DNA of 64,000 nucleotides from Psilocybe cubensis (Eukaryota): NCBI GenBank assembly GCA_017499595.2, contig CM039005.1, positions 2,976,001 to 3,040,000 of the forward strand, read 5' to 3'. Shown piece by piece: positions 25,147 to 35,842 of this stretch (position 1 is its first letter; each line of letters starts with the position of its first letter). The notes under the pieces were generated by a model. It saw only the letters and a program-made list of their open reading frames with translations, ran no database searches and was not told where the DNA came from. The position numbers and the translations under genes were made by a program.

Positions 25147-26371
25147 ATGTCTGAGGAACACACAGGCAAGGTCGACTTCAAAGTTGGCTCTGATACTTTT
25201 CAGACATGGTACAAGATCTACGGCGACCTCAAGTCCTCGGCAAAACGCCCACTGGTGATACTTCACGGCGGACCAGGAATGACTCATCATTATATGCTGT
25301 ACGTTTTTTTAATAAAACGTTGAACATATTGATTCGGACTCAGCACTATAAACTCTCTAACGCTACGTTCTCAACACCAGGCCCCATAAATCGCTCTATT
25401 TCAAAGCAGGGTTTGATAACATTATTCATGTAGTTATCATCAATGTTAACCCCGCTCAATCCATACAGAATCCCAGTCGTCTTTTATGATCAATTGGGCA
25501 ATGGCGAATCCTCACATTGTAAAGGTGTATCTCCAGACTTCTGGACCCCCGAGCTGTTTATGGATGAATTGGATAACCTCCTAAAAGCGCTTAAAATAAA
25601 CGACGATTTCGACCTGCTTGGACAGTCCTGGGGAGGTGAGTTGTATTCATATGTACATCGTGCCTTGTATACATGAGTCCTTGCATCTTAGGTATGCTTG
25701 CAGGACACTATGCCGCTGCACGCTCTCCCCCCGGACTGAAGAGGCTCATTATCGCCAACTCTCCTGCATCTATGGCGCTCACACAGGAGGGAACGGCCAA
25801 GTTGCTTGATAAGTTCCCTCCGGAGTTCGTGGCGATGGTTAGAAAACATGAGGCCGAAGGTACATGCGAATCCCCAGAATATCAGGCGGCCACGATGCAG
25901 TTTTATCAAAAGCACATTTGCACTTTGAACCCATGGCCAGAGGAACTTAATGCCTCCTTTGGCGCCGTCGCACAGAACCCGACGGTTTATTCCACCATGT
26001 TCGTCTCCCCGATTAAGGCGATAATTATCAATTAAATGCTAACGACGACGACAATCAGGGTCGGTCCTTCTGAGTTCAACGTCATTGGAAGCCTCAAGAC
26101 CTGGTCGATTGTGGACATTCTACATAAGATAACCAACCAGACACTTCTGATATCGTCACCGGAGGATGAGATACAGGAATGTGCAGTCCTTCCGTTCTTC
26201 ACGCAGATTCCCAAGGTCAAATGGGTGGAACTGCAAAACAGTACACATTTAGCCATGTTCGAGGAGCCAGAGAGGTGAGTTCCCAGCGTCGATGCCATTA
26301 ATTTACTCTCATCTCCCATGGACAGATACATCGGTGTCATTTTGAACTTCTTGGAAAACACAAGCGCATGA
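25147..26371 (+). CDS. Proline iminopeptidase-like peptidase S33, copy 2
   Basis: Motifs [32 protein letters not shown] and [11 protein letters not shown]. Same intron layout as copy 1. Confidence 0.9.
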
Positions 26372-26898
26372 TTATGTACCTGGTGAATTAGAAGTACCTG
26401 TGAACATATTTAAATTGATTGAAGCTTGTGGAAAGATCTTGTAAAGTACAGAGAAATGCATGCTCTATTAGGTGGTGGAAACGAATCCGTAAGCTTCGGG
26501 TCTGTCTGGCTTCGTAGCAGCTGTATGGTTGCACCATAATTAGGGAGTTATCTCCTCGACACATGCATGTTGTATCATAAAAAAATTCTCTGACACCATA
26601 GGATTAAGGTGGCCTAGGTTATATTAGTCTACCTGAAAGCTCCGAGAGTGTCCCTGTTCTCACACATGGCATATCTTATAATTATACAGTCACATACCAG
26701 TAGGTCCGATCCTCATGATGATCTAGCGAAATGGATGTTCTAAAAATAGCGTTATTGTGTTTTGAAGGCTATGGACGTCCTTTATCTGTCACCGAGTCAG
26801 TTCTATTGAGTTTGCGAAAGGTCTCATTTCAAATAGCAATATATAATAATCCATTCAAAAATTTCATTGAAATTTCTTCGCGAAGACATCTTTTGACC

Positions 26899-27247
26899 AT
26901 GATGTTAGGACGAGTTGCTCTTTTACTGTGTATGTGCTGGCTTGCACCCTTTTTGTTCGGTGAGCATCATCGTAATTTATCTGCATTGAGGGTCACTGAA
27001 ATATTCGTGATAGCTCTTCCTCTGACGTCCCTTCCAGGTGGTACGATATGGCACGAAATGATAACTTTAGCCACTAATCTAATGCATCCCCAAGACCTTG
27101 GGTTTTCCAAAAGAAACGTTGGTACGTAAATATTGTGCTGCATATATACCTCTTTTTAAACCGATTTATGTTATTAAAGATTGCCCCTTTCCACGTGGCA
27201 TCGAAGGGATAATTCACAGTTCAGATTGCGAGCCGACTGAGAATTGA
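26899..27247 (+). CDS. Small secreted prepropeptide A (60 aa), candidate RiPP or peptide precursor; exons 26899-26959, 27014-27040, 27095-27121, 27180-27247
   Basis: MMLGRVALLLCMCWLAPFLFALPLTSLPGDLGFSKR-NVDCPFPRGIEGIIHSSDCEPTEN*. Three GT-AG phase-1 introns at the same positions as in the paralog at 30958. Confidence 0.85.
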
Positions 27248-27801
27248 TGGGCATGGAGAGTAAGGTTACCAATGTCTGGCAGAGTATACTACTCTAGCTC
27301 ATCAATATATTTTTAAGGTGTACAGTGGTCCTACCATTCCATGACGTTCAAGTTGGAATTAGAGGTTCATGCATTACTTAACGTTTTAATCAATCTATCG
27401 CACAAGACAACAACGTTGGCCAAATGTTACACAGTAAAATCTCTCACCCCTACGTCTCTCGGGCACCAGAGATAATATTCGGAGGTTTTGAAGCTTTACT
27501 CTGGGTTTCGAATGTCAAAAAGCGACAAAAGAATACACTTATCTAACTATATTTATTGTTCGAGAATGTGGACAATGGAAGGCCTAGCCGACCTGGACCA
27601 AAGCTATTTGTGGAAGCTTGTCCTTCCGAATGGCGAACCAACTAGACTTCACACAGAATAGAATTTACCAATCATAAAGTAGATAAGAAAGACCATTGAT
27701 TCCACAACTACTACGCACAGAGATAAGATATATCTCGACATCAGTCCTTCTTAGCTAACTCGACACCAAGTCATGAAAATTACGTATCAATGATATCGAG
27801 G

Positions 27802-28565
27802 CTAGACAGCCGTAAACACGAAGCGCTGGCTGATATCTCCATTAGCACCAAAAATCTTAACCCATGCCTGTAGATGGAGTAAATCATCGGAATATGTAAT
27901 AATTGGACGAGTTACCCACCCCTGGCTCTGCCGTCCACACTTCATCCGCGACTGGATTCTTGATCTACAAAACCATCAGCGACTGGTGTCGATGTAGAGA
28001 ATTTACACTTACGATATATGTTCCTCCGCCTGCGCATTGAATTGCAAAGGCAACGGGGGATTCACCCCAGGAAGTGTAAGGCTGGAGAACACCCTGAGGA
28101 GACAGTAAGAATCAATTAACCAAGAGGAGAATATAAGCTACGTACCCCAAAGACAAGTGTAAGTACCGGTGCGTTGTCGGCAGCATTGGTGATATAATAC
28201 GCAGATTGCGGCGCGGGGGTGATAGACCACTATACCACGAAACATTCAACGATTAAACAAGTCACATTAATACATACAACACTTACAACACCCGACAGTC
28301 CTACGGGTTCCTCCTCCAGATTGGTTATCGCAGGAGGAGAGTGTGAACGGTGAAAGGGACGTAATTTCCACCCCGTCTCGGCCAGCGAAATTGTATATTG
28401 TCCTGGAGTAAGTACGGCACACTAGGAATGTAAGTGAGTATGATGAGGTCATGTTTGCTAATAATATAACATAATTACCCCTTGACCACTTTCCAAAGGT
28501 GATGCCGCGGTGATGAGGGACTGTATAGCCACAAGCGCAGGGAGGTAGAGTGCGTTAAAGCGCAT
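27802..28565 (-). CDS. Secreted beta-trefoil-like protein (ricin-B lectin or fungal protease-inhibitor type), copy 1; 6 exons
   Basis: MRFNALYLPALVAIQSLITAASPLESGQG|CAVLTPGQYTISL...|WSITPAPQSAYYITN...|...FAIQCAGGGTYI|IKNPVADEVWTAEPG|AWVKIFGANGDISQRFVFTAV*. The LxPGxYxI start and QRFxF end fit a beta-trefoil. Confidence 0.8.
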
Positions 28566-30130
28566 TGTTAGCGAGTTTGAGGGATTTTCACTAATCGAGA
28601 CTTGTTTGCAATGACTCGTAGAGTGCATGGCAACCCTTAATATACTTCGTATTCAAGGCACTGCGAAATCATGTACGCTAGTCCTACCACGATGGCTACT
28701 CCAGAGATGGCTACTCCGCAAAGGCTTAGTACAAGAAGGTTGGGCTTCTGCTGGGAAAGAATAGACATAAAGATGTTGAGTACACTTCGCCAAGATGTTT
28801 TACGATGCATAGTGGATGGTCTCCGTGTATTATGATCGTCGGTATTGAGGCGGGTCATAAAACGCCATCAAAGAATAAAGCCATTGTCGCGACAGTGTTG
28901 ATCATTTAGTAACACGAGACCGGTACGCATCTGTATTGACTTTATCTGCAAGTCAATTGATGAGGGCTCGGCACGCCGATGTCTGGATTTTTCGTCACTC
29001 CGAGTCCCATAGGCGGAAGAGAAAATAGCAAAGCGTTGATGAAGAGAGCATTTCAGATCGCAAGGAAAGTTGGTGAGGATAAGCAGGGGTGAAAAATAGC
29101 TCGTCAAATGGATGCGTGGGAATGCAACGACCTAGCCTCGCGGAGTCGCGATTGGTCATTTTAACAACTCCTTCTTAATTGAAACTCCGACATATGCCGA
29201 GATCTGTTGATTGCCGGTGGGATACAATGAGCCGATATGCCGCTCGTTCCCTGGTTTTTCATGGCATTGAGGTTTCATTTCACCAATTCCTTGCCTCCAT
29301 ACATCACAGCACGCATCACCGGCTGCACCAGATGGCGCCAACTTCAATTGGGTTCAACGCATCTACAATTTCAGGGTGGCCACATCACGCCCGACAACTT
29401 TCCAGCACCAGTCGAATCAACGCTGATGGATGCAACGCGAAGCACGTACCATGTCGCAGTCCAACCTCGTATCGGCCTCCGGTGTCAACAAGTTAGCAAT
29501 GCGCTCGAGGAGGTATGCGCCTAAAATGAGGGAAGACGAGGTGGAGGCGGGGCAGCTGAAGAAGGGTTAAGGTTGAAACTATTAGCAACATCAAAATGGG
29601 TGGGGAAGTCATTGGGGACTTCAGGCATGTAACCCAATTCTGGCACGCCTACCTGCAGTGATCATACACCCTTCCATGGAAAGCAAACAGTGGCACTCAC
29701 CGTTTATGCACATCGAAGCAAGTCCGATGTTTTTTGTCTATTATCAAACATTTTCACGTATTCTTACCTTTGATTGTAGTGCCAGTTTTTGAAGGCGACA
29801 TTTTTCGAGACGATGCGCTGAGTATTGAGCGGTGAATCTGACAGGTAACACCCGCTGGAACTCTGCATAACTGGATACCCCGATGCAGCCCATCGAGATT
29901 GGCTGAAATGGAGTGCACAGGAATCTTTACATGGACGCCACACAACGTGTTGACAATGCATCTATCGTACCGCTACGCATATATCTCCAGACCTCGATTG
30001 CCCACAGCGCTCATGGCATCATCCTCGGTGGGGTCGCATGATTGTTCCCACACTCGCTCGGCGGTGAAGTTATTTCAAGTAGCTCAAAGCGTATGGACGA
30101 CACCTGCCGGACGTACACATCACCATTGTG

Positions 30131-30500
30131 TATTCCAGCCCATGTTTGTCTTTCCTCTTATAAGGGAATTTGAATTCTATCGACGACAACAGTCAGGGTC
30201 TGTCCTTCGTTGCTGTTCTTCGTTTTACAACGTCAAATTTGGAACCCTCAAGAGTTGGTCGATTGTGTACATCTTCGTAAGACACATCTAACATCATCTC
30301 GGGAGGACGCTCATACAGGAATATTGAGGGTTCCCGTCCTTCACCCAGACTCCCAGGATCAAATGGGTTGACTTGTAAGACAGTACTCAATCAGCCACGT
30401 TCAAAAAGCCTGAGAGGTGAGTTTATTGTCTTGATGATCTCATTAATTTAGTCTTATTTCCCATCTTTAAACTTGTTTCAAACTGCTGGCGTATGACTGG
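30131..30500 (+). pseudogene. Decayed 3' fragment of a third proline iminopeptidase copy
   Basis: ggaaccctcaagagttggtcgattgtgtacat...tcaaatgggttgacttgtaagacagtactca...cctgagaggtgagtt aligns with ~26086-26280 but carries indels and a stop. The 5' part is not recognisable. Confidence 0.75.
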
Positions 30501-30957
30501 GTCTGTTAAAATACATCTAGCTGCGGAGATATTTAAAATTGATTGAACTATGTGGAATAGACACAGTTGGAGGTTTGTTCGGGTACCGGGATGCGCCCGG
30601 AGGCGTTGTCTGTCTGAAATTTCATTGCAGCGTAATTACGCTTGCCCTGTAAGCATGACGCCAGATTCCATTGTCTCGGGAATGCTTCCTTTGTAATATT
30701 AGAGAAAGTACAGTGTATTACATAGAGAAGAGGTTCGTTTTTATACAAAGGTGTTAAATACCCACGATATTTTTGCCAAAAACGAGGTTTCGGAAATAGC
30801 ATTATAATCCATCATTGAACGTACTGTCACCGAAACAGATACGAGTGCTTATTCCTGGAATTGATACAGACTACCTTAAGCAGGAGCAGGAATGGCAATA
30901 TATAATCCTGGCTATGAGTTCGGTCCAGAGACTCCTCGAAGACGTTTTGTGACTACA

Positions 30958-31315
30958 ATGTTGAAGCGCATCATTACCTTTACCCTGTTTGTGTGCTGGC
31001 TTGCGCCAGCCTTAATTGGTAAATTTACTTCCTAAATTTCTGGATTTAACGAGTGCTGAAGCAGTGTGATAGCTAGCCCAGTAGTTGTCACTCCAGGAGG
31101 TAACTAATATCAAACAATTATCGACATTTTTCCATTAACTTGCTACGTCCAAAGGTCCTGGTTTGTCCAAACGCGAAACTGGTGCGAGAATTTTATCTCG
31201 AGAAATATGAGTGCCTTTTAATGTAGTCATTCTTGTAGATTGTCCGTTTCCACGCGGTGTTGAAGGCATACCTCAAAGTGACGAATGCTCGCCTGAGGAT
31301 CCTACTGAGGGTTAG
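30958..31315 (+). CDS. Small secreted prepropeptide B (63 aa), candidate RiPP or peptide precursor; exons 30958-31018, 31073-31099, 31155-31181, 31239-31315
   Basis: MLKRIITFTLFVCWLAPALIASPVVVTPGGPGLSKR-ETDCPFPRGVEGIPQSDECSPEDPTEG*. First three exons are 61, 27 and 27 nt, identical in size to peptide A. Confidence 0.85.
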
Positions 31316-31849
31316 TGAATATTCAGAGTAAGCTGTTCATTCCCCCGTCGGAGTTACCACGCTGAACAAATGCATAGGTATTGCTCGAAAGCGTGTTAAT
31401 ATGAATGTGAGGCTGAGGTGCAGACGGACTGTTTATTTATCCTTCGACCAATATAATTGAAGATGCCGTGGGACTACAATTCTCGAAAAGTGTTACTGAG
31501 TATTATTTTTTGTCCTGCGATTGTCCCAGGCCCAGACTTATGAATGGGAAGATTTGGAGCCTTACTTCACCTCTGAAGAATATTACACATGATCAGTAAA
31601 AAATGGCAGTGCTGGTCGTCTATGCTGAAGAATGCTATAAGTGGTATTGAGCTCATGAATTTGGTGAAAGCAAATTACAGTTCCAGAGTTGTCGACGTAT
31701 ATATTGTCAGGAAAGTCCTAGAGTTGATAAAGATGAGGTCCGTTCAAGTCATTATTACTACTATCACAAAACTAGACTAAGATATATCTCGACTTGTCCT
31801 TAGCCAGCTCGACACAAAGTCCTGAAAATTACGTATCAAGAGATCAAAG

Positions 31850-32614
31850 CTAGACAGCAGTAAAGACGAAGCGCTGGCTGATATCTCCGTTAGCACCGAG
31901 AATCTTAACCCATGCCTGTAGGCGAAGTAAATCGTCGGAGTATGTAATGAGTCAAAGAATTACCCACCCCTGGTTCTGCCGTCCAAACCTCATCCGCAAC
32001 TGGATTCTTGATCTACAAATTTGTCAGAGACTAGCTTTAGTCAGGAAACGTTTCACTTACGACATATTTTCCATTTCCTGCGCATTGAATTGCAAAGGCA
32101 ACGGGGGATGCGCCCCAGGAAGTATAGGGCTGAGGAGCTCCCTAAGAGAACAGTGAGATCCAATTAAGGTAGACAAGCAAACATATTACTACGTACCCCG
32201 TACTGAAGCGTAAGTACCGGCGCGTTTTCTCCGACATTGGTAATATAGTAGGCGGATTGAGGCGCGGAGGTGATAGACCACTATATCACAAAACATTCAA
32301 TGGGGAAACAAGTCGCATCAATTTATACGACACTTACAACGCCCAATTGTCCAGTTGGTTCCTCCTCAAGAGTGTTTATCGCTGGAGGAGCGTGAGAATG
32401 ATGATAAGGACGCAATTTCCACCCAGTTCCGGCCGATGCAATTGTATATTGACCAGGCGTCAGGACAGCGCACTGAGCAGTAATGAGCGAGCTGAGGACA
32501 CGTTTACAGATAATACAACATAGTTACCCCTTGACGACTTTCCAAAGGTGATGCCCCTGTGATGAGGGATTGCATAGCCACAAGCGCAGAGAGGTAGAAA
32601 GTGTTAAAGCGCAT
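31850..32614 (-). CDS. Secreted beta-trefoil-like protein, copy 2; 6 exons
   Basis: MRFNTFYLSALVAMQSLITGASPLESRQG|CAVLTPGQYTIASAG...ISQRFVFTAV*. Same introns as copy 1. Confidence 0.8.
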
Positions 32615-33230
32615 TGTTAGTGAGTTTGAGGGATTTCACGATTATAGATTTGTGTGCAACGACTCGTACAGTGTGGAGAACCACTTTATATACCTGGAAT
32701 TCAAGGCACGGCGAGAATGATTTACGCTAGACCAGTCCCGATGGTTATCCTCTAGATCGCTACTCCGCAAAGGCCTAGTACGAGAAGGTTGGTTTCTGTA
32801 GGGCAATAATAGTCATGGAGGTGTTGAGCGAGCCGCGCCAAGACATTTTGGCTTTCCTAGAACGAAGCACAGTGGATTCCTCTGGGCATGATGATCATCG
32901 GTATTGAGGCGGGTTACAGAACGTCAATCAGAAATGAAAGCCATTGATACAAAAGGATTGATGATTCAGTAACATGAGACCGGTACGCATCTGTATTGAC
33001 TATCTGAAAATCAATTGATGAGGGCTCGGCTCGCCGCTTTGAGAGATGAGCCTGAGTACATTGAAGTATACAACCACTGTCGGTACGCCTGCCGGATCAC
33101 AAGCGAAGTTGTTAAGAGTAAGCAGAATCGATCCACCTAGAAGAATGTATTCATTTATCTGACGGAGAAGACTGACCTGGATGCGAAAGTTGACTGGACC
33201 CGGTGAAGGTCCAAGAATCGACCATAAATC

Positions 33231-34448
33231 TAGATTTTTGGAAATCATACATCCCAATTGACCCGTATATTTATTGTACATGAAGTATATCTACAATTTT
33301 TAGTTGCTATAAGCAGCTATGGCATTCGCAAATGCGGAATCAACGGCCGTGGTGTGACAATTCAACTTTTCAGAGCCATCAACAATCACATGAATTGTAA
33401 GAAAAATGCAATAACTTCTTACCCCAGGGAATGTAGCAAGAATGGTCATTTCAAGGTTTGAGTTGCTGGAGTTTAGGCTGACCAAATCCTCTGACACAAG
33501 CCCAGGAAAACCTGCGACAGGCAAGCTCATAAAGATCGATTGCTTTTCGATAAGTCCCACCAAGGCGTCCGTGATAATAGGTACATATCCCGTTATGTTG
33601 TCGAGTAGACCGATGACATCGTCCTCACTAAGAGGCAAAGGAAGGCTCTACTATAATATGTCAGCAGCGATGGGCCTTGGTCGGAGCTACCATTGACCTT
33701 TAAATCCGTTGTTAGCTGATTAAGGGAACTGTTAAGGTCACTGGCTTGGAAATGAATTGTCTGGACAGGCGTTAGTACAATTAGAGTCTCATAACGTCGT
33801 ACTTATGGGGAGTGATCTAACCAAGGCCTCTTCAACTGACGCATTGGTGATTGCCTTATTAAACGCTTGAATAGCCTTGTCAAAGCTTGCAGCTGACGTT
33901 AAGATGCCGGTTATATCAGTCTGAACTTGCGCCAAAGTAGACGAAAATGCGGAGCCTACAAAGATGGAGAGTATCAGGAAGATGTTCATGAGGGTAGTTT
34001 CTTGAACCATCTGATTCCTTTTGACGCTCTTTAATGCTCTCTGTAAGGTCATGTTCCCTATTGGCACAGATATGCTTCTGGGAACTCGGGATGTTTGACC
34101 TTGTAGAGGTAAATTGTTACATATGCAGTATTTTTAGGTCGCGAAAGATTTTAAGAGAAATCTTTACGCATCTATGTACACGATTTGGATGATGTTATAA
34201 TTGACCAGCACCTGAACTGTCCGGCCCATGGGACCAGGAAGAAATATTAGACTGTGTGAAAGGTGCTAGACGCAGGTGCCGGTTTGCCGCAACGCTTGGA
34301 ATTTCAAACGTAAATCGACGTGTGAACATTAAGCCATCGAAATGATGAACGAATCTATGTATGGTAGCACGACTCCTATGTCTTTACTCGTGATGGAGGC
34401 TGAGAGTAAGAAACCATCCACTTGAAGGTTGAACTATTTTTAGATATT
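33231..34448 (-). repeat. Right arm of the inverted duplication (partner 17182..18398)
   Basis: Reverse complement aligns with 17182..18398. Confidence 0.9.
33300..33989 (-). CDS. Secreted HsbA-like protein, family 2 copy 2
   Basis: MNIFLILSIFVGSAFSSTLAQVQTDI...TFPG|LNCHTTAVDSAFANAIAAYSN*. Paralog of 17652. Confidence 0.8.
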
Positions 34449-35019
34449 GGGGAGGTCAGAGTGGAGGATTCAGAGGTGATTCCGACACGATGCAGGTCAA
34501 GATTCAATATTCATGACCGATTCTGCGATTAAATTTTGGTTCCGAAGTGCGATTTCACTCTATCACCCATTCCCCCCTGGATAAAATTCGCTTCACACAC
34601 GATTCACGTTTCTGATTCAGCACAATAGCGATACTTGTTTTTGAAATTTTCAACTTACATGGTGTGCATAGTCATTTTCCTTAAATTGAAGGATTGAGTA
34701 CGATATATTTGCTGCTGAGACCAGTTTATTTCCTGTATTTTATTAATTTCTGTGTTCTGAAAGCACAAAGAGAAGGGAGGATTCTGATTAATTCAACACA
34801 TGTAGTGTAAACTTTCAAATTGCTCCAAAACTGCATATTCTAAGAGGAACAAATTATTTAAAACTGGATTTATAGAGGCAGAATCGAGCTTCTGAAGCGG
34901 CTCCGGAGGCGCTTCAAAGATTCAGATGCGCTTCGGCGTCTTCCCACGCTTCTGATAACCAGAATCGCCTCTGAATTACGTCGTTGAATCGCCGTTGAAT
35001 CGTCCACTCTGACCTCCCC
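34449..35019. mobile_element. MITE / non-autonomous DNA transposon, 571 bp
   Basis: Terminal inverted repeats ggggaggtcagagtggaggattca and tgaatcgtccactctgacctcccc (23 of 24 matching). Flanked by a 4-bp direct repeat TATT (34445-34448 and 35020-35023). No ORF inside. Confidence 0.9.
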
Positions 35020-35842
35020 TATTGAGTAAAGTCAAAATAAAGAAAAATAAGAAAACCAGCGCTTACACATTTAAAATCTCTAGCAGCCATCTGGCGGACA
35101 TGTGCAGTCGGACGCCGTCCCATCGCGCCGTGGGAAAGGACAATCTTAGTACCGTACAGTTCAGGTTGGGACGCGGTATACAAGCCATGTATGACATACC
35201 ATTGACGTCTCTTATAGCCAGTGGCTGACCTGGACTATTGCTCAGACTTCTGTCTCATTGAATTTAGTGCAGTAGCTTACCGTCGTGACGCTGATTCAAC
35301 CGTATTGGACTAGCTATATAGACTATTAATGTATACACATACCAGAGGTAATAAACAACTTACCAGATACCAGCAACCCGAGGCACAAAGTCATTATAAT
35401 AGATATTCTGCGAGCGAGAAACATGATGAGATCACTGTTGAAAGTTTTAAAAAATCGAGGGCCTGAGGCAACTGATGAATTATGTTCTTTTATCAACGCT
35501 ATATACAGTAACGTATTTATACTGACTTGGGGAGCTACGCTGAGTACATTTCAACCCTGAAGCTGACTGCGAAATAAGCCAGTGTCTCAACTGAGGACAC
35601 TGACTCGTACACCTATATTTATATGTGGAAATGGACTTGTACGATACCAACCTACTTATTAACAACGCGTTTTTTGACAAAATTCACAATGCAAAGATCT
35701 AAGTATGGAAGTTTGAAACGATCAAACCCTCATACCTCCCCGATGTATCGTGAGATGTGGAAAGCATTCAAACAGTGATAGCTGCAGAGAGCACAATTAT
35801 TAATTATGTGAAGTAAGATGAGACATGCTGTGTATTTTAAAT

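Larger units (their letters stand above)
25988..28980 (+). repeat. Copy 1 of a ~3 kb direct segmental duplication (copy 2 ~30131..33039)
   Basis: Collinear similarity across the peptidase 3' end, the peptide gene, the beta-trefoil gene and its promoter. For example, gagaccggtacgcatctgtattgact occurs at ~28916 and ~32976. Confidence 0.85.
30131..33039 (+). repeat. Copy 2 of the ~3 kb direct segmental duplication
   Basis: Collinear with 25988..28980. Confidence 0.85.

Noticed and set aside
26731-27129. 132 aa ORF in the track overlapping peptide gene A
   Set aside because: It reads through two 54-nt in-frame introns. The paralog has stops or frameshifts in the equivalent introns, which supports the spliced 60 aa model.
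28990-30130. Spacer between the duplicated cassettes with several 60-130 aa ORFs, considered as a transposon or repeat-type precursor gene
   Set aside because: No transposase or RT motifs, terminal repeats, signal peptide or KR-delimited repeats were seen.
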